Shown piece by piece: positions 19,452 through 29,405 of a DNA stretch of 64,000 nucleotides. Position numbers and translations under genes: made by a program. Every line of letters begins with the position of its first letter. The first letter of the stretch is position 1. The DNA comes from a candidate division WOR-3 bacterium (GTDB lineage Bacteria; Hydrothermota; Tepidihabitantia; Tepidihabitantales; Tepidihabitantaceae): NCBI GenBank assembly GCA_965648905.1, contig CBFGIT010000001.1:64001-128000 (forward strand), written 5' to 3'. The notes under the pieces are model-generated. The model was not told the DNA's origin. It worked only from the letters and a program-made list of their open reading frames with translations, and searched no databases.

Positions 19452-21962
19452 ATGACCGAATCGGACAAGCCCCGCGCCGTTTACCCGGTGAAGGAGGTCG
19501 AAGCGCGCTGGCAGCGGTACTGGCATGAGCGCGGAGTTTTCCGCACCAACCCGAACCCGGTCCGGAAGTACTACGTGCTCGAGATGTTCATCTATCCTTC
19601 CGGGGACATGCACATGGGCCATGCCCGGAACTACACGATCGGCGACGTCATCGGCCGGTTTCGGAAGATGCAGGGCTATGACGTGCTCCACCCGTTCGGC
19701 TGGGATGCGTTCGGCCTGCCCGCAGAGAACGCGGCGATTGCCCACGGCAACCATCCGGCTGAGTGGACGTTCGCCTCGATCGACCTGTGCAAGCGCAACC
19801 TGAACCTGATGGGCATCGGCTACGACTGGGACCGGGAAGTGACGACCTGTCTGCCCGACTATTACCGCTGGGACCAGTGGCTGTTCCTGCAGTTCTACAA
19901 GCGCGGCCTGGCCTACCGCAAGGAGGCACTGGTCAACTGGTGCCCGAGCTGTCAGACGGTGCTGGCCAACGAGCAGGTGGTCGATGGCCGCTGCTACCGG
20001 AGCACGTGCAGCGCCCCGATTGAGAAACGGAAACTAACCCAGTGGTTCTTTCGGATTACCGACTATGCTGATGAGCTGCTCGCTGACATTGACAAACTCG
20101 AAGGCTGGCCTGAGAGCGTGCGGACGATGCAGCGCAACTGGATCGGCCGGTCTGAGGGGATCGAGGTCGATTTCACGCTCGAAGGCGACGGCCGCAAACT
20201 GCCGATCTTTACGACCCGGCCCGACACGCTCTGGGGTGTGACGTTCATGGCTCTGGCACCGGATGCACCGCTGGCTGAGGAGCTCGTCGCGGGCACGGCG
20301 CGTGAGGCCGAGGCTCGAGAGTTCATCCGCCGGGTGCTCTTGAAGCCTGAGGTCGAGCGCGCCGCCGAGGGCCGGGACAAAGAAGGGTTCTTCACGGGTC
20401 GGTACGCAATCAATCCGGTGAACGGCGAGCGGGTGCCTATTTATATTGCCGATTTCGTGCTCGGCGGCTACGGCACCGGCATGATCATGGCGGTGCCCGG
20501 CCATGACCAGCGCGACTTCGAGTTTGCCCGGAAGTACTCGATTCCCATCAGGGTCGTTATCCAGAACGAGAAAGGCGACCTCGACCCGGCAACGATGGGC
20601 TGTGCCTGGACCGAAGACGGCGTGATGACCAGCTCGGGGCCGTTCGACGGCATGGTTGCGGGCAAAGGCCCGGCCGGAGCCGCGGGCGTCAGCAAAGTGA
20701 TGGACTGGCTTACCGAGAAGAAGCTCGGCCGCCGCACGGTCAACTACCGGCTCAAGGACTGGCTCGTCTCCCGCCAGCGCTACTGGGGTACGCCGATACC
20801 GATGATTCACTGCGCGAAGTGCGGTATCGTGCCGGTACCGGAGCAGGACCTGCCGGTTCTTCTGCCGCCGGATGTCAGAGACTTCAAGCCCAAGGGCACA
20901 TCGGTGCTTGCGTCGGTACCCGAGTTCTACGAAACCGTCTGCCCGCAGTGTCGGGGTCCGGCGCACCGCGACCCGGACACGATGGACACGTTTGTCAACT
21001 CGTCGTGGTACATGGTGCGCTATGCCGACCCGCATAACGACCGACTGCCGTTCTCGAAACCGGCGGCTGATGCCTGGCTGCCGATTGACGAGTACATCGG
21101 CGGGATTGAGCATGCCACCGGCCATCTGATTTTCTTCCGGTTCTTCACCAAGGTGATGGCTGATTTGGGCCTGCTTTCGTGCCGCGAGCCGTGCAGGGTC
21201 CTGCACACCCAAGGGATGGTCGCCTTCAACGGCGTAACGATGTCGAGCTCCAAGAACGTCGGGGTCTGGGTCGGTCCGTTCACCGCCGAGTACGGTGCTG
21301 ATGCAGCGCGACTGGCGGTGCTGTTCGCCGCGCCGCCGGACAAGAATATGGATTGGACCGATGACCTGGTGCGCGGGGTGACGCGGTTTCTTGGCCGGGT
21401 CTGGCGCCTGTTTGAGGAGCACGGCGCGCGGGCGCGGCTTGAGCCGCCGGAGACCGGTCGCTTGGCCGGCGCGGAGCGCGAGCTTTACATCCGGCTGAAC
21501 CGGACCGTCAGACAGGTGACGGCCGATATCGAGTCGTTCCAGTACAACACCGCGATTGCGGCCCAGATGGAGTTTCTGAACGAGCTGGTCGCTTTTCAGG
21601 ACCCGTCTGCGCCGGTCTTCGGCTTTGCCCTCGGCCGGCTGCTGTACCTGCTGGCGCCGTTTGCGCCCCACCTGGCCGAGGAGCTCTATCACCGTCGCCA
21701 TCCGGCCCGGGGCAGCATCTTCGAAGACACATTCCCGGTGCCCGACCCGGAGTTTCTCGCCTTTGACGATGTCGTGATACCGGTGCAGGTCGATGGGAAG
21801 CTGCGCGACCGGGTAACCGTATCCCGAACCGCCGGTGAGCAGGAAGTCAAAGACAAGGCTCTCGCTGCGCCGGGCGTCGTCCCTCACCTCGCCGGCCGGA
21901 CCGTCGTCAAGGTTATCTACGTCAAGGGCCGGATGGTTTCAATCGTCACCCAGGGGAAATAG
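19452..21962 (+). CDS. leuS: Leucine--tRNA ligase
   Basis: YPSG.MHMGH, GWDAFGLPAENAA, FTTRPDT editing domain, SRQRYWG, YIGGIEHA. KMSKS position reads TMSSS. Confidence 0.97.
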   Translation: MTESDKPRAVYPVKEVEARWQRYWHERGVFRTNPNPVRKYYVLEMFIYPSGDMHMGHARNYTIGDVIGRFRKMQGYDVLHPFGWDAFGLPAENAAIAHGNHPAEWTFASIDLCKRNLNLMGIGYDWDREVTTCLPDYYRWDQWLFLQFYKRGLAYRKEALVNWCPSCQTVLANEQVVDGRCYRSTCSAPIEKRKLTQWFFRITDYADELLADIDKLEGWPESVRTMQRNWIGRSEGIEVDFTLEGDGRKLPIFTTRPDTLWGVTFMALAPDAPLAEELVAGTAREAEAREFIRRVLLKPEVERAAEGRDKEGFFTGRYAINPVNGERVPIYIADFVLGGYGTGMIMAVPGHDQRDFEFARKYSIPIRVVIQNEKGDLDPATMGCAWTEDGVMTSSGPFDGMVAGKGPAGAAGVSKVMDWLTEKKLGRRTVNYRLKDWLVSRQRYWGTPIPMIHCAKCGIVPVPEQDLPVLLPPDVRDFKPKGTSVLASVPEFYETVCPQCRGPAHRDPDTMDTFVNSSWYMVRYADPHNDRLPFSKPAADAWLPIDEYIGGIEHATGHLIFFRFFTKVMADLGLLSCREPCRVLHTQGMVAFNGVTMSSSKNVGVWVGPFTAEYGADAARLAVLFAAPPDKNMDWTDDLVRGVTRFLGRVWRLFEEHGARARLEPPETGRLAGAERELYIRLNRTVRQVTADIESFQYNTAIAAQMEFLNELVAFQDPSAPVFGFALGRLLYLLAPFAPHLAEELYHRRHPARGSIFEDTFPVPDPEFLAFDDVVIPVQVDGKLRDRVTVSRTAGEQEVKDKALAAPGVVPHLAGRTVVKVIYVKGRMVSIVTQGK

Positions 21963-21963
21963 C

Positions 21964-22374
21964 ATGAGAACCATTTTCTGGCTGCTGATGCTCGGTGTCA
22001 CTGGTCTGCTCGGGTACCTGCTTCACTCATTCATCGAGCACCGTAAGACCCAGGTCGAGTTCTACCGTTATGACGTCAGCGCGGAAGTGATTGCCGGGTA
22101 CGCGGCCAAGGCCGACTCGCTCCGCCAGCAGGCCGACTCGCTCCGGGCGCGGCTGGAAGGCGCGGGTCTGCTCCGGCGCCGGGCAGTCCAGGCCCACCTG
22201 ACCCTGCTTGAGGACGAGATCGTCGCGCTCGAGCGAACGGTCGAGAAGTGGGTGAAATCGAAGCGCAGCCGCAGCGACGTTGACATCGAACGTCAGGTCA
22301 TCCTGCTCTACGGCGAGGCCTCGGCCGCAGCCCAGGCTCTGGCTGCCGATACGCTGCTCGAACGCGAACCATAA
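21964..22374 (+). CDS. Hypothetical membrane-anchored coiled-coil protein (paralog A)
   Basis: N-terminal TM helix. Similar to 22384..22785. Confidence 0.65.
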   Translation: MRTIFWLLMLGVTGLLGYLLHSFIEHRKTQVEFYRYDVSAEVIAGYAAKADSLRQQADSLRARLEGAGLLRRRAVQAHLTLLEDEIVALERTVEKWVKSKRSRSDVDIERQVILLYGEASAAAQALAADTLLEREP

Positions 22375-22383
22375 GGAAGAGAC

Positions 22384-22785
22384 ATGAAAACACTTGCCTG
22401 GATTCTTGGGGTCATTGCCCTCGGCCTCCTGGCCTACGTCGTCTATGTCCTGGTTGCATCCCGCAGCCAGCGGTCAGACTACATCTCATCGGCCGAAGTC
22501 AGCGCCGAGTCGATACGAGTTTACATTACCAGAGCGGCGGAACTGGAAGAGCGGGCCGACTCGCTGCGCCGGCGGCTGACCGAGCTGCGGCTTGTCGACC
22601 GGCCCGGGGTGCAGCTCCGCATCACCACTCTGGAGCGCGAGCTGGCCGGGCTGCGCCAGGCGATTGACGAGTGGCAGGCAGCACGCACCGGCATCGGCGG
22701 GCCGGCCGCATTCCGGCAGTGTGTGCTGCTCTACGGCCGGGCCTCAGGGGTGTGCGACGCCTTATCAATCGACACGCTCCACTAG
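22384..22785 (+). CDS. Hypothetical membrane-anchored coiled-coil protein (paralog B)
   Basis: N-terminal TM helix. Shares ADSLR.RL and RQ..LLYG.AS...AL..DTL with paralog A. Confidence 0.65.
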   Translation: MKTLAWILGVIALGLLAYVVYVLVASRSQRSDYISSAEVSAESIRVYITRAAELEERADSLRRRLTELRLVDRPGVQLRITTLERELAGLRQAIDEWQAARTGIGGPAAFRQCVLLYGRASGVCDALSIDTLH

Positions 22786-22802
22786 CCGGCTTCACACCCA
22801 GG

Positions 22803-24335
22803 ATGTTTGACCGCGTTCTCGTCCTCGACTTCGGCTCGCAGTACAACCAACTCATCGCCCGGCGGATCCGCGAGCTGGCGGTCTACAGCGAAATCGTTGC
22901 CCATGACATCGGGGCCGAGGAGGTTCTCGGCCGCAAGGCTCAGGCGCTGGTGCTTTCCGGCGGGCCGGCCAGCGTGCGCACGGCCCGGCCACCCCTACCC
23001 GACCCGGCAATCTTCAATCTCGGCATCCCGGTGCTCGGCATCTGCTACGGGATGCAGGCGATTGTGCAGATGCTGGGCGGCAGGGTTTCGGCCGGGCATC
23101 GGCGGGAGTTCGGGTTCGCGACGCTGAGCCAAACCCGGCCCAGCCCGCTGTTTGCCGGACTGCCCGGACGGTTCCAGGTCTGGATGAGTCACGGCGACAC
23201 TGTCACACGCCTGCCGCGCGGGTTCGCAAGGGTAGGCCTGACCGCGGACGTCGCCTGCGCGGCGTGCGCCGATGAGGAGCGCCGCATCTACGGGGTTCAG
23301 TTCCACCCGGAGGTTGCGCATACGCCGCTCGGTACGAGGCTGCTTGCCAACTTTGTGCTGGGGATTGCCCGGTGCCGGCCGGGCTGGACCATGCGGTCGT
23401 TCATCAAGGAGAAAACGCGCCTGATTCAGGAACTTACGGCCGGCGCGAAGGTGCTCTGCGCAGTTTCGGGTGGGGTTGATTCGTCGGTGCTGGCGGCGCT
23501 GCTGGCCCGGGCAGTGGGCCGGCGGCTGGCGGCCGTGTTTGTCGACAACGGGCTGCTCCGCCAGGGCGAGGCAGCCGAAGTCCGCCGCACCCTGGGCAGA
23601 CGGATGAACCTGCGCATCGTGAATGCTTCGGCCCGGTTCTACCGTGCGCTCCAAGGCGTCGCCGACCCGGAGCGGAAACGGAAGCTCATCGGCCGTGAGT
23701 TCATCAGGGTATTCGAAGAAGAAGCGGCGCGAACCGGCCCGGTCCGGTTCCTTGCCCAAGGCACACTCTACCCGGACCTGATTGAGTCCCGGTCGGCATT
23801 CGGCGGGCCGTCAGCAACCATCAAGACCCATCACAACGTCGGCGGGCTGCCGAGCCGGATGAAGCTTGAGCTGATCGAACCGCTGCGCGAGCTGTTCAAA
23901 GACGAAGTCCGCAGTCTGGGACGGGTTCTGGGGCTGCCTGAGTCCCTGATAAGGCGCCATCCTTTTCCCGGCCCGGGGCTGGCCGTGCGTATCATCGGCG
24001 CGGTGACGCCTGAGCGGGTCCGGCTGCTTAGGGCCGCGGACCACATCTTTATTTCGGAACTGCGCGAGGCCGGGCTTTACGACCAGGTGTGGCAGGCGCT
24101 TGCTGTGCTCTTGCCGGTTCGATCGGTGGGGGTGATGGGTGATAAGCGGACCTACGAGAACGTCGTCGCGCTGCGCGCGGTTACCTCACTCGACGCGATG
24201 ACTGCAGACTGGGCCCGGCTGCCCGAGGGTTTGCTCGCCCGGGTTGCCGGCCGGATTGTGAATGAGGTCCGGGGCATCAACCGCGTGGTTTATGATATCA
24301 CCTCAAAGCCGCCGGCAACGATTGAATGGGAATGA
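22803..24335 (+). CDS. guaA: GMP synthase (glutamine-hydrolysing)
   Basis: LDFGSQY, GICYGMQ, QFHPE, SGGVDS, IKTHHNVGG, KPPATIEWE. Start at ATG 22803. Confidence 0.97.
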   Translation: MFDRVLVLDFGSQYNQLIARRIRELAVYSEIVAHDIGAEEVLGRKAQALVLSGGPASVRTARPPLPDPAIFNLGIPVLGICYGMQAIVQMLGGRVSAGHRREFGFATLSQTRPSPLFAGLPGRFQVWMSHGDTVTRLPRGFARVGLTADVACAACADEERRIYGVQFHPEVAHTPLGTRLLANFVLGIARCRPGWTMRSFIKEKTRLIQELTAGAKVLCAVSGGVDSSVLAALLARAVGRRLAAVFVDNGLLRQGEAAEVRRTLGRRMNLRIVNASARFYRALQGVADPERKRKLIGREFIRVFEEEAARTGPVRFLAQGTLYPDLIESRSAFGGPSATIKTHHNVGGLPSRMKLELIEPLRELFKDEVRSLGRVLGLPESLIRRHPFPGPGLAVRIIGAVTPERVRLLRAADHIFISELREAGLYDQVWQALAVLLPVRSVGVMGDKRTYENVVALRAVTSLDAMTADWARLPEGLLARVAGRIVNEVRGINRVVYDITSKPPATIEWE

Positions 24336-24344
24336 CGGGCGGAG

Positions 24345-24456
24345 AGCAGAAGGCTGAATGCAAGTATCAAAGTGCAAGCGGCGGACAGCGGGCATCAGGT
24401 CAAAGGTCAAAGTGCAAAATGGCGGAAGGCGAATGGCGAATAGCGAACGGCGAACG
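24345..24456 (+). repeat. Degenerate heptamer tandem repeat tract
   Basis: Units such as AATGCAA/AGTGCAA/AGGTCAA and ATGGCGA/ACGGCGA. Related inverted copy at about 27014-27100. Confidence 0.7.
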
Positions 24457-25236
24457 CTGGTCTGGATAGTGTTTGCCGCTGGTCTTATCGGGCTGTGGGG
24501 CTGCGGGGTTCATGAACAGGGTCTGGCCCTGGCTCCGCCCGAGTGGCAGGATGGCGAGCGGGCCGGGTATGAGGTGGTGCGGAATGACTCGGTGGTTTAT
24601 CGGACCTCGGTGAGGGTGGAACTGAGTGAGGAGGTCGCCGGGGTTGCCGGGGTCCGGGTCCCGACGGTTGTGGTGACGAGCGCGGTCGAGCCGGGCGAAG
24701 GCGGCGACTATTTTTTCGATTCGCTGACCGTGGTACTGCGCCGCGACAGTCTTCGGCCGCTCCGCTCGTACCGGAGCATCACGAGCGGGGTGTCGGAGCT
24801 TGAGGTGGCGGCCCGGTTTGAGCCGGGCCGGGCCGTGATTACGAAAACAACCGTCGACGGAGTGCAGGAGGGGTCGGTCAGTCTGCCCAGATGGTGTTAC
24901 AGCCAGGATGCGCTTGGGACCCTGCTCAGGGCGGTGCCCCTGTCGCCGGGAATGTCCTCGCGCACCAGCTTGGTTGTGCCGGTCGACTTCCGGGTCGTGC
25001 CGGTGAAGATTCAGGTCTTGGGAACGAAGCTCATTGCCACCGGGCTAGGTGATGTCCTGTGCCGCGAGGTTGCGGTATCGGCCCCGGGCCGGGAAACCCG
25101 GTTCTGGATTGAGCTGGCTGAGCCGCGCCGGTTCGTCGGCCTGCGCGACCTTCAGACCGGGATTATCCTGCGGCTTGTTTCGTATCAGCCCGGCGGTCAG
25201 GAGCCGACCAGTCAGCCGGCCCCTTCAACCTTCTGA
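24433..25236 (+). CDS. Hypothetical lipoprotein, beta-rich
   Basis: Hydrophobic signal ending LWGC. Follows guaA on the same strand. Confidence 0.65.
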   Translation: MANSERRTLVWIVFAAGLIGLWGCGVHEQGLALAPPEWQDGERAGYEVVRNDSVVYRTSVRVELSEEVAGVAGVRVPTVVVTSAVEPGEGGDYFFDSLTVVLRRDSLRPLRSYRSITSGVSELEVAARFEPGRAVITKTTVDGVQEGSVSLPRWCYSQDALGTLLRAVPLSPGMSSRTSLVVPVDFRVVPVKIQVLGTKLIATGLGDVLCREVAVSAPGRETRFWIELAEPRRFVGLRDLQTGIILRLVSYQPGGQEPTSQPAPSTF

Positions 25237-25291
25237 CCCCGCCCTCCTCCCCTCTGCATTCTGCCTTCAGCATTCCGTTATTCGCTGTCCG

Positions 25292-26299
25292 TCATTTTGC
25301 ACTTTGCCTTCTGCCTTCTGGTTTCTGCCTTCGGTATTCCGTCTTCTCCAGATACAGCAGCAGCCGCTCCATGTCCGCGGGCAGGGGCGATGAGAACTCA
25401 ATGTACTCCCCGGTTCGGGGGTGGTTGAATCCAAGCCGGCAGGCGTGAAGTGCCTGGCGTTTCATCAGGGTGAGGATGTGTCGGAACGCGGCCGCGTGGT
25501 CAGTTCGCGTGAGCACAGCCGGGCTGCGGCCGCCGTACTCCGGGTCGCCGACGACCGGGTGGCCGATGTGCTGGAGATGAACCCGGATCTGATGGGTGCG
25601 GCCGGTCTTGAGCCTGAGTCGGAGCAGGGTGCTGATGCCGTAGCGGCGGAAGACTTCGTAGTTCGTCAGGGCTTCGCGGGAGGCAAAGGGCGTGACCGCC
25701 ATCCGGGTCCGGTCGATGGTGTGACGGCCGATCGGTGCGTCGACAGTTCCTTCGTCGAGTTCGAGGTCGCCCCAGCAGAATGCGGCGTATTCGCGGACCA
25801 CGCTGCGGAGTTCAATCTGCCGGCCGAGCGCGCGCAGGGCCTGGTCGGTCTTGGCGAACATCAACAGGCCGGTGGTGTCTTTGTCAAGGCGGTGGACCAC
25901 GCCGGGCCGGCAGAGGGAGTCCGGGCGCAGGGGCAGGGTTTGACAGTGATACAGGAGTCCGTTGACGAGTGTATGATGCCGGTTGCCGCGGGCCGGGTGG
26001 ACGACGATGCCGGCTGGTTTGTCGAGCACGAGCACATCCTGGTCTTCGTAGACGATGGCGAGTTCGAGCGGCTCGGGCTCAAGGGTAAGCTCGGGCTCAG
26101 GTTCGTACTCGGCGGTGACGAGGTCGCCGGGTTTGACCCGGTAGCTGGGTTTGACCCGGCCCGAGTTTACCAGGACTCTTCCTTCGTCGACCAAGGCCGC
26201 GGCTTTGGTGCGTGAGAGACCGAGTCCGGAGAGGACGAGGTACTGATCGAGCCGCTTGCCCCAGAGTCGGTCGGACGCGACCCGCTCAAAGCGCTTCAT
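25292..26299 (-). CDS. rluD: RluA-family pseudouridine synthase (RluD-like, with S4 domain)
   Basis: S4 domain (RLD.YL...SR), HRLDKDTTG, TGRTHQIRVH, RQALHA. The C-terminal tail is encoded by a heptamer tract. Confidence 0.9.
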   Translation of the reverse strand: MKRFERVASDRLWGKRLDQYLVLSGLGLSRTKAAALVDEGRVLVNSGRVKPSYRVKPGDLVTAEYEPEPELTLEPEPLELAIVYEDQDVLVLDKPAGIVVHPARGNRHHTLVNGLLYHCQTLPLRPDSLCRPGVVHRLDKDTTGLLMFAKTDQALRALGRQIELRSVVREYAAFCWGDLELDEGTVDAPIGRHTIDRTRMAVTPFASREALTNYEVFRRYGISTLLRLRLKTGRTHQIRVHLQHIGHPVVGDPEYGGRSPAVLTRTDHAAAFRHILTLMKRQALHACRLGFNHPRTGEYIEFSSPLPADMERLLLYLEKTEYRRQKPEGRRQSAK

Positions 26300-27002
26300 G
26301 CGTCACTCGACCGATTGCCGCAAAGGCAGGCTGAACCCCGCGTTCGGCGCATTCCATGAGTTGACGAAACTCCTCCTGAGTCAAGGGCACCCGTTCGGCC
26401 GTGCACTGGACCTCGACCAGGCGTCCGCTCCGGGTGAGGACGAAATTTGCGTCCGTGTCGGCACGGGCGTCTTCTTCGTAGGTCAGGTCGACTAGGGTCT
26501 GGCCGGCAACAATGCCGCAGCTTATCCCGGCAACCGGTTCGATGACCGGGTTGCGTTCAATTGCCCCCTGTTTGAGCAGGCAGGCAACCGCCTGCTGCAG
26601 GGCAGCGAATCCGCCGGTTACGGCCAGGGCTCTGGTGCCGCCGTCAGCCTGAATCACGTCGCAGTCGACGATGAGCTGGGATTCGCCCAGGGCCGAGAGG
26701 TCGCATACCGCGCGCAGGCTGCGGCCCAGAAACCGTCTTATCTCCTGGGTCCGGCCGCCAGGGCCCGCGGTCTCGCGCGGGGTCCGTTCGTGCGTCGAGC
26801 GGGGCAGGAGGCTGTACTCCGCGGTCACCCAGCCCTGGCCGCTGCCGACGAGAAACCTCGGAACGCGGCGTTCAAAGGAGACCGCACAGAGCACCCTGGT
26901 GTTCCCGGCGACGGCGAGGCACGACCCTTCAGCATAGCGCAGAAACCCGCGCTCCAGACTGACCGGCCTTGGTTCGTCCGGCCTTCGTCCGTCCAGCCTC
27001 AC
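26286..27002 (-). CDS. rph: Ribonuclease PH
   Basis: AEGS, GWVTAEYSLLP, GRTQEI, DVIQADGGTR, DL.YEED. Confidence 0.95.
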   Translation of the reverse strand: MRLDGRRPDEPRPVSLERGFLRYAEGSCLAVAGNTRVLCAVSFERRVPRFLVGSGQGWVTAEYSLLPRSTHERTPRETAGPGGRTQEIRRFLGRSLRAVCDLSALGESQLIVDCDVIQADGGTRALAVTGGFAALQQAVACLLKQGAIERNPVIEPVAGISCGIVAGQTLVDLTYEEDARADTDANFVLTRSGRLVEVQCTAERVPLTQEEFRQLMECAERGVQPAFAAIGRVTHEAL

Positions 27003-27013
27003 TTACATCTCCG

Positions 27014-27105
27014 CGGTTCGCCGTTCGCCATTCGCCGTTCGCCATTCGCTGCCCGCCATCTTGCACTTTGATACTTGCACTTTGCCTTCTGCATTCAGCC
27101 CTCGC
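27014..27105 (-). repeat. Degenerate heptamer tandem repeat tract
   Basis: Reverse complement shares TGCAAGTATCAAAGTGCAAG and GGCGAAT/GGCGAAC units with 24345-24456. Confidence 0.7.
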
Positions 27106-27114
27106 CCTGCCTCC

Positions 27115-27936
27115 TCAGTCCTCGCTCCTTGCCAGAGTCACGCGAACCGCATCACCGACCGGCGCGCCGAGAAACCGGCCGGCGACTTCTTCCAGACCAG
27201 GACTCAGGTCGGTCAGGTACACCCGCAACTCGCCCGGCGCCGTCCGCCTGGCGCCGTCCGCTTCGGTCGAATCGCCCACGACCAGTTGCGCCACGGTCTC
27301 GGCGGTCGCCGTGGCTGAGTCGACTACCCGCACCCCGTCCCCGACCACGCGGGCGACTACCGGGGCAAGCAGCGGGAAGTGCGTGCAACCAAGCAGCAGG
27401 GCGTCAATCCCTTCTTCAACAAGACCGCCCAAGTACTTCCGGCATACCTGCTCAACCACCGGCCCGTCAACCCAACCTTCTTCGGCCAGGGCAACGAGCA
27501 GAGGCGTCGCTTTGGCCACCACTTCAATCCCGGGTCTCATTCTCCGCACGGCACGTTCGTACGCCCCGGCCCGGATTGTTGCACTCGTGCCGATTACCCC
27601 GACCCGCGATGAGCGCGTGGCCTGCACCAGAGCCTGTGCGCCCGGCTCGACCACGCCGACTACCGGAACCCGCAGCCGCCGAACAAGCTCCGGCAATGCC
27701 ACCGAAGAGGCGGAGTGGCAGGCGACCACGATTGCCCTTGCTCCGCGCCTGAGCAGGAAGCCGGCGTCATCAAGCGCAAACCGGACAATTGTCTCCGCCG
27801 ACTTCGTGCCATACGGGAACCGGGCAACGTCACCCAGATAGTCGATGTCCTGTTCCGGCAACAGGCGCCGGAGTTCGCGCACGACGGTCAGTCCGCCGAT
27901 TCCTGAGTCGAACACGCCGAGCGGGCCGGGGTTCAT
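27115..27936 (-). CDS. murI: Glutamate racemase
   Basis: GVFDSGIGGLTV, PYGTK, VACHSAS, LGCTHF. Start at ATG 27936. Confidence 0.95.
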   Translation of the reverse strand: MNPGPLGVFDSGIGGLTVVRELRRLLPEQDIDYLGDVARFPYGTKSAETIVRFALDDAGFLLRRGARAIVVACHSASSVALPELVRRLRVPVVGVVEPGAQALVQATRSSRVGVIGTSATIRAGAYERAVRRMRPGIEVVAKATPLLVALAEEGWVDGPVVEQVCRKYLGGLVEEGIDALLLGCTHFPLLAPVVARVVGDGVRVVDSATATAETVAQLVVGDSTEADGARRTAPGELRVYLTDLSPGLEEVAGRFLGAPVGDAVRVTLARSED

Positions 27937-29405
27937 TTCTCGCTCTTCGTCTCTTCTTGGTACCGACGGGCAAAGGTGATGATTCCGCGCGCGATGCCTT
28001 CGGCCAGGCGTTCGCGATGCGCCTCGGTGCGGAGGAGCTTGTCTTCGCTTCGGTTGCTCAAGAACCCGCATTCGACAAGGACCGCAGGCATGTAGGTATT
28101 CCGGAGCACGTAGAAGCCGGCCTGGCGCACGCCCCGGTCGAGAATCCGGGCATGGGCGGCAGTTGCTTCCTGAATCCGGGCGGCAAGTTCGCTCGACTCC
28201 CAGAGAAACTCGTTCTGTGCCAGGTCGGCGAGAATCAGGCCGACGTCGTCGCCCGGCCCGGGGTCGCTGGGGCCGCTCAGTTCCAGGGCGGCGTTCTCGC
28301 GGGCAGCCACCGCCCGCTCCCAGTCGGTCTTTGCCTCGGACAGGAAGTAGGTCTCAAGCCCGCACGCTCCCCGGTTCGGCGACGCGTTGGCGTGAATGCT
28401 CACGAAGACGCTGCCGTTCGCCTTGCGCGTTTCGCCTTTCGCCACGCGCTCTCCGCCGTTGCCAATCCGACTCCGCTCACCGAGACTGACAAACGCGTCC
28501 GAACTCCGGGTCATCACCACCTCAAACCCGGCTCGCTCCAGCTTTTTCCTGAGCCGGGTGGCGATATCGAGGACGATCCGCTTCTCCTGTGTGCCCCGAG
28601 CGCTCACCGCACCCGGGTCGGTGCCACCGTGCCCCGGGTCAAGCACGACGCGTTCCATCTTTCGGTTCGGCCGGGGCCACGCCGCGAAGCTGAATCCGGG
28701 CCGGTCGGCCAGCTCCAGAACTTGCACGTTGACCGGCCGGTCGAAGATGAACGTCAGTACGGTCGAGCGGGTTGTATCAGCCGCGACCCGCCGGACAAGA
28801 CCGTTGGTCTGGACTGGAACCTGGGCCAGCTTTCGCTCCACGCCCGAATCCAGCCGCGCGGCCAGACTCACCCGATACTCCAGACTCGACACCTGCTCCC
28901 CACCAGCCGTTGACCGTCCTTCCAGTCCCTCGGCGGCGAGCATCACCTCAACCACGGCAGTCTCGGCCCGACACCAGGCCCGTACCGACGCGAGTACCGC
29001 GCCGCTGCCGCCGGACAGAAGCCCCAGGGCTGATACCGGAACGAATAGCCTTCCGCCAAGTTCAACACAGGGTTCAGGCAGGCGCAGGCGCGCGCCCGCA
29101 ACATGAACAGAAAGAGAATCCGCCCAGAACACCCACTCACTGCTCCTGCTGCCCGGGCCGGGCACAACCGCCACAAAACTCCGGTCCACACACCACCACC
29201 TCCCGCCCACCGCACCCACAACATCGGCAAACCCCACGAACTCCCTGCCCGCCAGACGCAAGCAGGGCAGCTCGGCTCCGGCAAAACGCACAACCGCCGC
29301 ACCCCCGCCTGCCTCAACACCAGCCGGACCAAAGACCAGCAGGAACAGCACAAGACCAAAGGCGAACGGCGAAAGGCGAAAGGCGAAAGGCGAGCTGGCC
29401 ATCAC
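27933..29405 (-). CDS. N-acetylmuramoyl-L-alanine amidase (Amidase_3)
   Basis: LDPGHGG.DPG, EK, SIHANA, LVECGF Zn-amidase motifs. Confidence 0.92.
   Translation of the reverse strand: MMASSPFAFRLSPFAFGLVLFLLVFGPAGVEAGGGAAVVRFAGAELPCLRLAGREFVGFADVVGAVGGRWWCVDRSFVAVVPGPGSRSSEWVFWADSLSVHVAGARLRLPEPCVELGGRLFVPVSALGLLSGGSGAVLASVRAWCRAETAVVEVMLAAEGLEGRSTAGGEQVSSLEYRVSLAARLDSGVERKLAQVPVQTNGLVRRVAADTTRSTVLTFIFDRPVNVQVLELADRPGFSFAAWPRPNRKMERVVLDPGHGGTDPGAVSARGTQEKRIVLDIATRLRKKLERAGFEVVMTRSSDAFVSLGERSRIGNGGERVAKGETRKANGSVFVSIHANASPNRGACGLETYFLSEAKTDWERAVAARENAALELSGPSDPGPGDDVGLILADLAQNEFLWESSELAARIQEATAAHARILDRGVRQAGFYVLRNTYMPAVLVECGFLSNRSEDKLLRTEAHRERLAEGIARGIITFARRYQEETKSEK

Noticed and set aside
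20034..21887. Long antisense ORFs (here and opposite smc, ftsY, amidase and the propeller genes)
   Set aside because: These are GC-rich shadow frames of well-supported genes, with no recognisable motifs.
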